Assembly (NCBI GenBank): GCA_965262925.1
Contig: CBDHGC010000004.1
Coordinates: 6,935,339 to 6,999,338 of the forward strand
Length of the DNA stretch: 64,000 nt
Origin: Vicinamibacterales bacterium
GTDB lineage: Bacteria > Acidobacteriota > Vicinamibacteria > Vicinamibacterales > UBA8438
Direction: 5' to 3'
In this document: positions 37,711 through 48,000 of the stretch, piece by piece
Numbering within the stretch: the first letter of the stretch is position 1
Layout: each line of letters starts with the position of its first letter
Notes under the pieces: model-generated
Told to the model about the DNA's origin: nothing
What the model saw: the letters and a program-made list of their open reading frames with translations, nothing else
The model's database searches: none
Translations under genes and position numbers: made by a program

Positions 37711-40136
37711 CTACCCTGTTACCCACATTATTCGTTCTGAACAACTCCAGCACGCTCCCGCCGTCCAATGCGGTAGCCGATGGTTGCGATGGACATTCGT
37801 TCGTAACCGCGCCACATGATCTGGTGTCCGGGGGGCGGGTCGTGCGTTCGGTTCTGGTAGCCGCCGAGGATGGCGAGCAGGAGGACTGCGGCGGCGAGAT
37901 GGTCAGGGGGGCGGCAGGCCGAGTTCTTCGGCATAGTCGGTCAGGAAACGCAACTCGATGTCGGTGAACAGCAACTGGGCGTCGCACCCCGGCACGTCAC
38001 GACCGAGCAGGGTCATCACCATCAGGCGCCAGGCGATCACGGTATTGATGGTGACCGCGCGTTGGAGCCGGTCGGCGGTGTGGAACGCGAGATGTTCGAC
38101 TCGGCATCCGGACTTGAGCACCCGGAACAGGTCTTCGATGCGCCAGCGCCGCAGGTAGTAGCCGATGACCGCGACCGCGGTTTCGGTGCTGTCGACGTCG
38201 AGGCTGGTGAGCAGGAACCACTCGACCGCCGGCTCGCCGGGCGGCGGCGCGGTTTCGCGCACATGGACCGTGGACAGCGCCAGCGGTTCGGCGCCGGCGA
38301 TGGTCGGCGGCGCCACCACTTGGCGATGGCGCACCTCGGCCCGCGCCACCCGCCCGGTGCGCGCCGGGCGGGCCTGCCTGCCGTTCGACTTGCGCCGCGC
38401 GCTCAGGCGGTCGATCTCGATCTCGACGTGCCCGTCGGCGGCGCCGGCGCGCATGGCGGCGAACAGCTTCGGGGCGCCCTGGGCGAGACAGCGGTCATGG
38501 TGGGCGCGCACCAGCACTTCCACCCGGTTCAGACGGCGCTGCTCGTCGAACACCGCGAAGCAATCCGCCTCCCGGTCCATGACGCTGAGCACTCGGGTCT
38601 TGCGGCTCAACGCCGCCGCCGCCCGGTCGATGTCGCGCAGGCCGTCGACCCAGCGCCGCGTCTTGGGGGCCGTCTCCTGCGCCGCCGCCGGCGGCGGCTC
38701 GTCCGCCGGGCGCGCCGCGCCGCCCGGCGGCGCCTCGAAACCGCAGCGCAGCACGCCCAGCGGCAAACCCGCGCCATTGACCGCCAGGGTCAGATGCAGA
38801 TGCAGGCCGAGCGTCTTCGAGGCCGTCTGGTTGCGCCCGATGATGCCCAGCCCCTCGCAGTGCGGGCGCGTCGCAAAATTCAGATCCGTCCCGTCCTGGA
38901 TGCACAGCACCGTGTCCTGGCCGCGCATCCGCTGCAGCGTGCGCGCCCGGTGGGGCGCGAGAATGTTCCCGGGCGTGACCGCCGACGACACCGGCTGGTC
39001 GATGAGCCGGTAGTAGCCCTTCACCGCCGCGCGGTCGTGGGACGCGTTGGCGGTGACCGCCTCTCCGGGCAACGACGCCAGCAGCCCCGCGCTCTTGACC
39101 AGACGCGCCGACAACCGCTGATCGCCCAACGGCGCCCCTCCAAACTCGTTCACCGTCCAGGCGCCGCTGTCGAGACCGTCAGCCGGCGCCAGCGCCGGCG
39201 CCGCGTCGACCCGCGCCACCCCCAACCGCCGCCGCCAGTGCGGCTCCAACTCATACATATATACCGACTTGACCGGACGAGCCCGCGCGTGGTCGCGGTC
39301 CTGGCGCCCGCGACCGGCCGTGTGCCCGACCCACACGAAGTTGGCCGCCTTGAAGCTGGCGCCGTCATGCGCGGGGCCGACGAAGGTCTCCACCAGCCAC
39401 GGACGATACCGGTAGCGGGCTTCGAAATCCGCTGGCAGACGCGCCAGCACCTGGCCCAGCACCTGGCTGGCCAGGTTGCGGCATTGCACGCCGGGGCGGA
39501 TCAGGAACCGGCTCAGGCACAGCACCCGGTGCAGATGCGCTTGGCGTTGCTCATCGCTCCATCCCATCCACGCCTCGCGCGCCCGCAAATGCAACGCCGA
39601 CGCCGAAAACCCGACCGCGCCGAGCACCCCGTGCGCCGAGACCACCAGATAGCGCACTTGGCAGCCCGCAAAGGTCGTCGTCCCCTGCGGATGCTCGAAG
39701 TGCAGCAAGGTATTCCACACCCGGCGCTGCCGGCCTTGCTCTACCCGCTCCAGCGACAACCCCGCGACCGCCTCCACCGTACCCGGCACCGCCGTGGCCG
39801 CCGCCACCGGCGCGTCGAAACGCTGCGGCGTGGGCGCGCCCCCGCCACCCCGCGACGCCGGCAACGCAATCCGCCCCGCCTTGTGCAGCGTGTTGAGCGC
39901 TTTGAGACAACCCGCGAGTTGGGCCGACCCGCGCGCATCCACAAACCCAAACTCCGCGCACACCCGCCGCCCCACCGCCGCCCGGTTGTTCAGCGCCTCC
40001 TGCGCCACAATTCGCTCGAGGCGAGCTTGCGACTCAGGCGCACGAAGGGTCTGTAGTATCTGGTTCTGGTGCTCCATGCCGTGACGCTACACGGCGGAAG
40101 CTTATTTGTCCAGCCCTGAATGTGGGGGCAGGGTAG
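37711..40136 (-). mobile_element. Tn5/IS50-like IS4-family element, copy 1 (2426 bp), 8-bp TSD AGCTAGCT
   Basis: IRs CTACCCTGTTACCCACATT (37711->) and CTACCCTGCCCCCACATT (40136<-). TSD at 37703-37710 and 40137-40144. Second copy at 56571..60929. Confidence 0.85.
37728..40077 (-). pseudogene. Tn5-like DDE transposase with long N-terminal extra domain; frame broken at a 6-nt homopolymer
   Basis: ORF 37903..40077 (VLCIQDGTDLNF, VLSVMDREADCF, YYLRRWRIEDLFRVLKSGCRVE) continues in ORF 37728..37934 (DHLAAAVLLLAILGGYQNRTHDPPPGHQIMWRGYERMSIATIGYRI) after the G6 run 37907-37912. N-terminal region RYLVVSAHGVLGAVGFSASA...NLASQVLG...PWLVETFVGPAHDGASFKAANFVWVGHTAGRGRQDR. Confidence 0.8.
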
Positions 40137-40145
40137 AGCTAGCTG

Positions 40146-40526
40146 CTAGCCGTCACGCCCGAAGCCCCTGGGCAGCTCGACAGCCTCCAGTACCGACAGA
40201 TCCAGATCGCAGACCTGCTCGAGCAACTCCGCGGTCGCGGATCCGGCAAGGCGTCCCGCCACTCCCGGTACCTGTTCCTGCAACTCCAGGAGCGTCTGCA
40301 CCGCGTCGTTCCACTGCTGTGGCCGCGATCTGCGGTCCGCTGGCCGACGGTACCGGATCGGGGATTCGCCAGCCTTCCGCCGCTCCCGGTAACGTGGCTG
40401 CCGCTCGGCGTTGGTCAACGCCACACGACCATGCTGCAGCGTTACGTAACGGACCAGGGGGAAGCGGTCGGCCGCGCGATCGAGGCGCAAGCGTGGCGAC
40501 ACCCACCGCTCGGTTGTCATCGGCAT
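40146..40526 (-). CDS. Hypothetical 126-aa protein carried between istB and the IS21-like right end (C-terminus ...LEAVELPRGFGRDG)
   Basis: ORF track. Arg-rich N-terminus NAERQPRYRERRKAG and acidic helical C-terminus. I recall this protein pattern but cannot name the family. Confidence 0.45.
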   Translation of the reverse strand: MPMTTERWVSPRLRLDRAADRFPLVRYVTLQHGRVALTNAERQPRYRERRKAGESPIRYRRPADRRSRPQQWNDAVQTLLELQEQVPGVAGRLAGSATAELLEQVCDLDLSVLEAVELPRGFGRDG

Positions 40527-41027
40527 CGGTGTACGCGTGCGGGTTGGTCCGCGACAGCGTGCGCGAGGTAATGCTCCAAGCGTAGAGAGGGCCTTGTGTG
40601 GTCTGGTCTCCTGGGTGGGTTCCGCGCCGGACGTCGGTGTTGGTCATGCCCGGCCGGGGTACCCTCGCGAGACGGAACGGCCGGGCTGGGCCGGACGGTG
40701 TGGTCGACGACGACGCAGTGGAAAGGGCGTTGCGTCGAGCGACAACCCGAGTGCTGCGGAAGGCTCGTCTGGCGCACGCGGCGAGTGTGGGGGCGGTCGG
40801 TGTCGGTTGTTGCGCCAGGCGCGCCTGGAGGCGGCGCTCTCGCGCGCGCGGACCACGTCCGGATGGGCGTTGACGCGTGGCCGCGCGCGAATCCTTCGCT
40901 CCGCTCCGCAACGCCGGGGTAGGACGCCAGCGGAACGCCGGCTACCGCAGAGCGGGGGGAAGTGCCCACGGGGTTCGGACTGCGGCCCGGTGCGAAAGCG
41001 CCGGATGAGCCACCGACTCCCCACCGG

Positions 41028-41465
41028 TTACGCGCCTGCCGTCGACTCTACCAAGGTGGTCCGCACCCGGGTGCGCCAGCTGCGCGGCCCGCACTTGAGC
41101 ACGTGCGCGTGATGCAGGAGCCGGTCGAGCAGCGCGGTGACCGCGGCGGTGTCGCCGAGCAGCTTCCCCCACTCGTCGACCGGCCGGTTGGAGGTGAGCA
41201 TCGTCGAGGCCCGCTCGTAGCGGCGCATGATCAGCTCGAGCAGGTCCTCGGCGGCGGTGTGGGGCAGCTTGCGCATGCCGAGGTCGTCGATGATGAGCAG
41301 GTGCGCGCGGGTCAACTCGGCGAGGTAGTCCTTGCGGGTCTCGGCGAGCGTCGCCTCGGCGAGTTCTTCGAGGAAGGTGTGGGTTTCGCGGTAGAGGACG
41401 CGGTAGCCCTGCTGGATTGCGGCGCGCCCGATGGCCTGGGCGAGGTGACTCTTGCCGGTGCCGGG
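41028..41465 (-). pseudogene. istB: IstB AAA+ helper, 3' part (from the Walker A onward)
   Basis: PGTGKSHLAQAIGRAAIQQGYRVLY...LLIIDDLGMRKL...STMLTSNRPVDEWGKLLGD...DRLLHHAHVLKCG (ORF 41028..41795). Confidence 0.85.
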
Positions 41466-41545
41466 GAGCCCCGTCCCATACTGCCCGATACCAAGCGTCC
41501 GAAGCGACGATCCACTATCCGTTCCATCCGCGGAGCGGGAAGCGC

Positions 41546-41953
41546 GTGGAGATCGTGCGCCGCCAGCACTTTCGTGGCAGGCGCGTGTTCGTCGTTCGAC
41601 AGCCGGACGACACGCTGGCCCACATCCCGACCTGGATGTGCGAGCCCCCGGCCGCCGCGCTTGCGGTAGTAGACCACCCACGCATCGCGTTGGCGGGCCT
41701 GCGCGACTTGCGTCTTGCTCTCGACGCGGCGCTATCGTCGTTCTCCAGCATGGAGGAAGGAGAGCGGCATGGGACGGATACAGGTGGTGGGGCAAGGCGC
41801 GCTACTGGTGCAGATGGAGCCGGGACCGGCGCTCGAGTCGAGGACACGGGCGACGCTGCTTCCGCTGGTGGCGACTCTGTTGCTCGAAGCGGCGGTGGCG
41901 CCCGCGACCATGAGCAAACCGGCGGAATCCGGAAAGACGGAGGGAGGCGATGA
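41546..41953 (+). CDS. Small ORF translationally coupled (ATGA) to the serine recombinase; conserved-looking part starts earlier without an in-element start codon
   Basis: TIHYPFHPRSGKRVEIVRRQHFRGRRVFVVRQPDDTLAHIPTWMCEPPAA (frame of ORF 41417..41953). The first in-element start is GTG 41546. Confidence 0.4.
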   Translation: MEIVRRQHFRGRRVFVVRQPDDTLAHIPTWMCEPPAAALAVVDHPRIALAGLRDLRLALDAALSSFSSMEEGERHGTDTGGGARRATGADGAGTGARVEDTGDAASAGGDSVARSGGGARDHEQTGGIRKDGGRR

Positions 41954-44008
41954 GCAAGATCGCACCTGACCATCTCAGCCGTCAGGCCTTCGTCTATGTC
42001 CGGCAATCGACGCGAGACCAACTGCGCCACCACCACGAGAGCCGGCGTCGGCAGTATGGGCTCGCGGAACATGCCCGGCGGCTCGGCTGGACCGAACCGG
42101 TCGTGGTGGACGACGACCTCGGGCGCTCGGGCGGCGGCAGCGCTCGTCCGGGGTTCGAGCGGCTGCTGCTCGCGATCTGTGAGGGACGCGTCGGCATCGT
42201 ACTGGCGGTGGAGGCCTCACGCCTCGCGCGTAACGGCCGCGACTGGCACACGCTACTTGAGTTCTGCGGTCTGGTGGGCTGTCTGCTCGCCGACGAGGAA
42301 GCCATCTACGATCCGCGGCTGCCGGACGACCGCCTGTTGCTCGGCATGAAGGGCACGATGGCCGAGATGGAGCTGTCGCTGTTGCGCCAGCGTTCGCTCG
42401 AAGCCCTCCGACAGAAGGCGCGTCGCGGCGAGCTGTTCCTGAGCGTCGCGGTCGGCTACGTGAAGGTCCGGCACGACCGGATCGCAAAGGACCCCGACCT
42501 GCGGGTGCAGGAAGCAATCGGACTCGTGTTCCGGAAGTTTGCCGAGTTCGAGAGCGTCCGGCAGGTGCATCTCTGGCTCCGGCAGGAGGGCGTGCGACTG
42601 CCGTCCGTCGAGGCCAACGGCGACGGCCGACGGGTCGTGTGGAAGCTCCCGGTCTACAAGACGGTTCACAGACTGCTGACCAACCCGATCTACGGCGGCG
42701 CCTACGCCTTCGGTCGAACGGGGAGCCGGGTCACGGTCGAGAACGGGCGCAAGCGTGTCCGGCGTGGGCTCGCTCGGGAACGCGAGCAGTGGGACGTATT
42801 GATCGTGGATCACCACGAGGGCTATGTTTCGTGGGCAGAGTACGAGAGGAACCAGCGTGTGATCGCCGACAACGCTTCCCGGCAGGGTCTGCTGACGCGC
42901 GGCGCGGTTCGCCGCGGGGACGCGTTGCTCGCCGGTCTGCTGCGCTGCGGACATTGCGGGCGACGGATCCACGTCGCCTACAGCGGTACCAAGGGCGAAT
43001 GCGTTCGCTATAGCTGCCGCGGCGCGCATCTCAACCATGGGACGGGCTGGTGCATCGCGTTCGGCGGCGTGCGGGTCGACGCGGCGGTGGCGACCGAAGT
43101 GCTGCGGCTGTTGAACCCGCTCGGCATCGAGGCTGCCCTCAAGGCGGTAGCGATGCGCGAACAGCAGCACACCGACAGGCGACACCACGCGAAGCTGGCG
43201 CTCACCCAGGCGCGGTACGAGGCGGACCTGGCGCGTCGCCAGTACGACGCAATCGACCCGGCCAAGCCTGGTCGCCGCCGAGCTCGAACGCCGATGGAAC
43301 GATCGCCTCGCGGACGTGCAACAGCAGGAAGAACGGATCGCCGGCCTGACGGCGGCCCACCCGGAGGCGCTGTCGCCCGCGGAGCACGACCGCCTGCTGG
43401 CGCTTGGCGCCGACCTCGAAACGGCCTGGACCCATCCCAGTGCGACAGCACAGACGCGGAAACGAATCGTGCGCGCCATCCTCGAAGAGATCGTTGTGAA
43501 GCTGGCCGCGGAGCACATCGAATTGCTCCTCCACTGGCGGGGCGGCGATCACACTCGTCTCACCGTCCCCCGCAACCGAACGGGACAGCATCGCTGGTGC
43601 ACGGACGCGACGGTCGGCGACTTGATCCGGGGACTGGCCCGCCAGCTGACGGACGGCGGCATCGCCCAAACGCTGAATCGCCTCGGCAAGCGGACCGGAC
43701 GCGGCAACGCCTGGACCGAGGCACGGGTCCGCACCTTTCGAAGCCAACACCGGGTGCCGGCACATCGTCCCGGTGAGATGGCGGAACGTGGGGAGCTGAC
43801 CCTGAAGGAAGCCGCCGGCCGGCTCGGCGTCAGCACCATGACCGTGCTGCGACTCATCGGCGACGGCACGCTCGTCGCCCAGCAGGTCTGCCGGGGCGCC
43901 CCTTGGGCCATCCCGGAGGAACAGATCGTCGCGCTTGCCGGCGCGATCCCATCCGGACGTCGTCCGCTAACATCGAGCTCGGCTCAGGAAGTGCTTGATT
44001 TTCAGTGA
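41950..44008 (+). pseudogene. Large serine recombinase (resolvase catalytic domain, recombinase domain and zinc ribbon), one frameshift
   Basis: FVYVRQSTRDQ (catalytic Ser region), LAVEASRLARNGRDWHTLLEF, CGHCGRRIHVAYSGTKGECVRYSC. The frame changes at ~43261-43275 (DPAK / SLVAAELERRWNDRLA) into ORF 43316..44008, which has a C-terminal HTH LTLKEAAGRLGVSTMTVLRLI. Confidence 0.85.
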
Positions 44009-44042
44009 CGTAGCGAGGTGTGCATCATGAGACCCGACTCGG

Positions 44043-44366
44043 CTGGCCGATGAGCAGGACGTCTTCCCGCTGGGCGATGAAGCGTGCGGTGGCGAGTTCG
44101 AAGACGAGCGCGCGGTTGATCTTCTTGTTGAAGGCGAAGTCGAAGCCGTCGAGCGCGCGGTCGGGGTCGCGGAATCGGGCCTGTTTGTGCCGGCGGGCGA
44201 GCAGGCGGTCCTCGCGGCGCTGGAGCTCGTCGGAAACGAGCGCGGCGAGCAGGTCGATGGGGGCCATCTGCTCGGTCTGGGCCTGGAGCAGGCGGGTGTC
44301 GAGGACGTCTGCCATGCCGGAGAGGCGCAGCTTGCGCAGCGCCTGGTCGAGTTCGACGAGATTCAT
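44043..44366 (-). pseudogene. istB: IstB, 5' part
   Basis: MNLVELDQALRKLRLSGMADVLDTRLLQAQTEQMAPIDLLAALVSDELQRRE...FIAQREDVLLIG. ATGA overlap with istA. Confidence 0.85.
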
Positions 44367-45952
44367 GAGGGGTCTCCTGTTCTGCGGTCGATCAGATCGC
44401 GGTAGACGGTCAGTTCGCGGATGAGCGGGTCGACCTGGCGTAGCGACAGCGGCGCGACGGGGTGACGGTCCAGGTAGCGTTTCAGGAAGCGGTAGGTGGG
44501 CACGCCGAGTTCGAGCGCGCCGGTGGCGGCGTCTTCGACGACGGCGGCCCCGTGCTTCTTGACGAGGGAGAGGACGCCGAGGATGCGTCGGACGCCGACG
44601 GCGCCCTCATGGCGGTGGATGTGGTTGCAGACGGTGGAGATGGCGGGACCGGCCCGCTTGGCGGCGGCGAGCAGGGCGAGGGTCTTCGGCGGTGTGCGGG
44701 TGGGCCGGTCGTCGTCGGCGATGCGATGCCAGCCCCGCTGGGTGCGCAGGTGCTCGCGCAACAGCTGGCCGGCGCCCGGGTCGAGGAGGCGGACGTGGAT
44801 GTCGTCCCACTGCACGTTGACGCGGCGGCCGATCCAGCCGGGCGGCGCCGAGTAGTAGGCCGCGGCGACTTCGACGCAACCGTCCAGATGCACGGTGCGG
44901 CGGCCGTACTGGTAGTAGCGGAACGGCTCGAGCGGCAACGGGCCGAGCGCGGGGCGTTCTTCCTCGAACATGGCGGCGACCTGGCGCTTGGTCGTGCCGT
45001 GGATGCGGGTGTCGGCCCAGCGCCGCTCCCAGCGGTCCAGATACGCCTGACCGTCGTCGAGGCGCTCGAAGCGGAGTCCGCGCAGCGGCGTCTTCTGGGC
45101 GTGGCCGACGGCGGCTTCGACCTTGCCCTTGCGATCGGGGTCGCGGACCCGACACGGCAGGGCGACGACCCCGTAGTGGGCCAGCACGTCGCGGTAGAGC
45201 GGATTGAGCGCCGGGTCGTAGATGTCCGGGGTGAGGACGCCCTCCTTGAGGTTGTCGAGCACGACGACGCGCACGGTGCCTCCCAGCCGTCGGAACGCCC
45301 GCTCGTGCAGTTGGGCCCAGATCTGCGCGCTCGACCGCTGGACCAGCAGCCGCACGGCCTTGCGCGAGTAGCCCAGGGTCAGGACGAAGAGCCGTGTTCG
45401 CCGGTACTTGCCGGAGTCCGGGTCACGGACCATCGGTCCCTCGCCGTAGTCGACTTGTGCTTCCTCCCCCCGGTCCGTGGTGATCACTGCCCGGGCCTCG
45501 AGGGCGGGCTGCTGCCGGACGGTCGAGACGAAACGCCGCACGCTTGCATAGCCCGCCGGGAAGCCGTGGTCGTCGACCAGGTCCTGCCAGATGGCCATGG
45601 CGTTGCGCCCGCGGCCGAGCGCGTCGACGATCAGCTCGCGGTAGGGCGCGCACGCGCTCGCCTGCGGCGCCCGACCGGGCCGTTGCTCGGGGACGGGTGC
45701 GGCGGCGGCGGCGCCCTTGCCGGCCGTCGTGGCCAGCGAAGAGTCGGTGGACACCTCCGGCGAAATGGCCGGTTTTGCCGGGCGAGCGGGAGGCCGTCCA
45801 CGGCCCCGCACCTTCAGGCCGGCCGCCTTCAGGTAACCGCTGGCGGTCTCGCGCCGGACCCCGGTGGCCTCTTCGATCTGCCGAAGCGACCAGCCGAGCC
45901 GCCCCAGCGCGAGGACCTGTTGTCGTTTCTCTTCCTTCAAGACGTTGCTCAT
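44363..45952 (-). CDS. istA: IS21-family transposase IstA
   Basis: MSNVLKEEKRQQVLALGRLGWSLRQIEEATGV (HTH). EEAQVDYGEG...LFVLTLGYSRKAV..., VVLDNLKEGV, GKVEAAVG. ATG 45952 lies within ORF 44363..45997. Confidence 0.9.
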   Translation of the reverse strand: MSNVLKEEKRQQVLALGRLGWSLRQIEEATGVRRETASGYLKAAGLKVRGRGRPPARPAKPAISPEVSTDSSLATTAGKGAAAAAPVPEQRPGRAPQASACAPYRELIVDALGRGRNAMAIWQDLVDDHGFPAGYASVRRFVSTVRQQPALEARAVITTDRGEEAQVDYGEGPMVRDPDSGKYRRTRLFVLTLGYSRKAVRLLVQRSSAQIWAQLHERAFRRLGGTVRVVVLDNLKEGVLTPDIYDPALNPLYRDVLAHYGVVALPCRVRDPDRKGKVEAAVGHAQKTPLRGLRFERLDDGQAYLDRWERRWADTRIHGTTKRQVAAMFEEERPALGPLPLEPFRYYQYGRRTVHLDGCVEVAAAYYSAPPGWIGRRVNVQWDDIHVRLLDPGAGQLLREHLRTQRGWHRIADDDRPTRTPPKTLALLAAAKRAGPAISTVCNHIHRHEGAVGVRRILGVLSLVKKHGAAVVEDAATGALELGVPTYRFLKRYLDRHPVAPLSLRQVDPLIRELTVYRDLIDRRTGDPS

Positions 45953-46124
45953 GCCCGGGCAGGAACGTCGTGTTCCAGACCGGTGAGCCTCTTGCAAAAC
46001 CCTTGGTCGGCCGGGTTTTCCTACCCGAGGCAGAGGGAACGGACGGTCAGCGGGGTGGGACGCAGCGTTCGTAGGATTAGGATAGCAGCCGTCACCGGCG
46101 CCGGGGAACCGGAGACACGGGGTC

Positions 46125-46502
46125 TCAAGGGACCTCTGGGACCTCCCGGTCGGTTATGAGGGCGAGCGCGCGCGACGAGACGTGGCGCATTTCCCTCACG
46201 ACCCGTTCCAGTTCGCGGTTGTTCTCGAGCCACTCCTGGTAGAGGGCGAGTTCGTCTTCGGAGAGCAGCAGGCTGACCGTTTTTCCGCGCACCTTGTGTG
46301 TCCAGTAGCGGTACGGGCCGTGACGCGCGTCCGGGTCGCGGTGGCAGCGGCAGGCAGGCTTCCCGCACGTGAGACGGCGGGTCTGGATACTGCCCTGGCG
46401 GACAAACCCGAGCGTTTGCAACTCCGCCTTGAGCGCATCGTATTGTTCGCTGTACCGGCGCATCGGGTTCCGGCGGCCCATCGGTTCCCTCCTTGACCTC
46501 AC
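46125..46502 (-). CDS. Small Cys-motif protein of IS copy C
   Basis: CGKPACRCHRDPDARHGPYRYWTHKVRGKTV. Paralogue of 13382..13747. Confidence 0.65.
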   Translation of the reverse strand: MRSRREPMGRRNPMRRYSEQYDALKAELQTLGFVRQGSIQTRRLTCGKPACRCHRDPDARHGPYRYWTHKVRGKTVSLLLSEDELALYQEWLENNRELERVVREMRHVSSRALALITDREVPEVP

Positions 46503-46545
46503 TCCTACACTACTATATATAGTAGGCGCTGGGAGCAGTCAAGCC

Positions 46546-47685
46546 ATGCAGAACCTGCGCGCCTCGTTCGCCGCCTACTGGGAGTCAATCCAACAGGGCC
46601 TGTTTCCCCGGTTGGAGCAGGTGTTGGGTTCGCTGACCGAGAAACAGCAGCAGTTGGTGCAGACCCTCGAGGTGATCCGTATCGAGCAGATGATTCCCTC
46701 GCGCTTGCGGATGCCGGGCCGCCCCCGCAAGGACCGCGCGGCGGTGGCGCGCGCCTTCGTCGCCAAGGCGGTCTACGACATGCCGACCACGCGCCTGCTG
46801 CTGGACCGGTTGGCCACCGACGTGGTGCTGCGCCGCATCTGCGGCTGGGAGCGGCGGCGCGAGATGCCAAGCGAGTCGGTCTTCTCTCGCGCCTTCGCCG
46901 AATTCGCCCACTCCCAGTTGCCCCAGCGCGTGCATGAAGCGTTGCTCCGGAAGACGCACGGCGACCGTTTGGTGGGCCATCTGTCCCGAGACTCGACGGC
47001 CATCGAGGGGCGCGAGAAGCCGGCCGCGAAGGAGAAGTCGCCTCCGCCGCCCAAGCGCAAGCGGGGCCGGCCGAAGAAGGGTGAAGAACGGCCCAAGACA
47101 CGCAAACGCCTCGACCGGCAACCGAGCATGACCCTGCAGGAGATGCTCGACGACCTGCCGGCCGAGTGCAGTGTGGGCACGAAGAAGAACAGCAAGGGCT
47201 ACAGGGACACCTGGGTCGGCTACAAGTTGCACATCGACGTGGCCGACGGCCAGATTCCGGTCAGTTGCATCCTGACGTCCGCCTCGCTGCACGACAGCCA
47301 GGCCGCCGTTCCACTGGCCACCCTGTCGGCCCAGCGGGTGGACAATCTGTATGACCTGATGGATGCCGCCTACGACGCGGTGCAGATCCGCGAGCACAGC
47401 CGCGCACTCGGCCACGTCCCGCTGATCGATATCAACCCCCGCCGTGACACTGCGCTGGCCGAAGAACTGCAGACCGAAGCCCGGCGCCTGAAGCGTCTCG
47501 GCTTGCAGCTTCCCGAACAGGTTCGGTACAACGAACGCACGGCGGGTGAGCGCGTCAATGGCCGACTCAAGGACGAGTTCGGCGGGCGCCACGTCCGAGT
47601 CCGCGGCAACGCGAAGGTGATGTGCCACTGCCTGTTCGGCGTGCTGGCGCTCACCGCCGACCAGCTCCTGCGGCTGGTGACGTAA
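46546..47685 (+). CDS. DDE transposase of IS copy C
   Basis: MQNLRASFAAYWESIQQ (ATG 46546). It is colinear with the copy A transposase, with many substitutions. Confidence 0.85.
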   Translation: MQNLRASFAAYWESIQQGLFPRLEQVLGSLTEKQQQLVQTLEVIRIEQMIPSRLRMPGRPRKDRAAVARAFVAKAVYDMPTTRLLLDRLATDVVLRRICGWERRREMPSESVFSRAFAEFAHSQLPQRVHEALLRKTHGDRLVGHLSRDSTAIEGREKPAAKEKSPPPPKRKRGRPKKGEERPKTRKRLDRQPSMTLQEMLDDLPAECSVGTKKNSKGYRDTWVGYKLHIDVADGQIPVSCILTSASLHDSQAAVPLATLSAQRVDNLYDLMDAAYDAVQIREHSRALGHVPLIDINPRRDTALAEELQTEARRLKRLGLQLPEQVRYNERTAGERVNGRLKDEFGGRHVRVRGNAKVMCHCLFGVLALTADQLLRLVT

Positions 47686-48000
47686 ACCAACGCCTCGCCG
47701 GCCAACGCGCATCCCCTTCCGGTCGCCCGACAGGCGTCAGTCACCAACCGGTGTCTCCAACGCCCGGTGGGAAAACCCTCGAACTCCCTGATTTCCGCCT
47801 CTTGGGTCGCCGCCGGTCCTCCCGCCCCGCATTCTCGGTCGGGATCCAGGCAAAACGATGTTCACCAGAAGAACTTGTGCTCCGAGCCGAGCTACGCCAA
47901 GAGTTTTGCAAGCGGCTCCGGTGTCAACGTCTCGGGCCGCTATCGGAAATGGCCGGTTTTCAGCCGTCTACTAATGGCCGGATTTGGGTGTTCACCGAGG

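Larger units (their letters stand above)
41466..44042 (+). mobile_element. ~2.58-kb large-serine-recombinase element inserted in istB
   Basis: The istB halves abut it. A shared GG lies at both junctions (41464-41465 and 44041-44042). Joining the flanks across one GG gives in-frame LLIGQPGTGKSH. The boundaries are uncertain by about 3 nt. Confidence 0.7.
45985..47918 (+). mobile_element. IS5/IS1182-like IS, diverged copy C (1934 bp), 4-bp TSD CGGT, inserted between istA and the IS21-like left end
   Basis: IRs GAGCCTCTTGCAAAACCCTTGG and GAGCCGCTTGCAAAACTCTTGG (reverse complement). CGGT at 45981-45984 and 47919-47922. Confidence 0.9.
37573..48000 (-). mobile_element. IS21-like element (10,428 bp including three nested insertions; ~3.48 kb without them) flanked by 9-bp TSD CTCCAGAAA
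   Basis: Ends CCTCAGTGGACGGGTCAAAACCGGCCATTTATGGACACCTCAAAACCGGCCATTTCCGGCGGCCCGAGAC (37573->) and CCTCGGTGAACACCCAAATCCGGCCATTAGTAGACGGCTGAAAACCGGCCATTTCCGATAGCGGCCCGAGAC (48000<-). TSD at 37564-37572 and 48001-48009. istA and istB lie inside. Excision restores the host ORF. Confidence 0.85.

Noticed and set aside
37870-40056. 728-aa + ORF (and its twin 59113..60849)
   Set aside because: It is antisense to the Tn5-like transposase and has Arg-rich low complexity.
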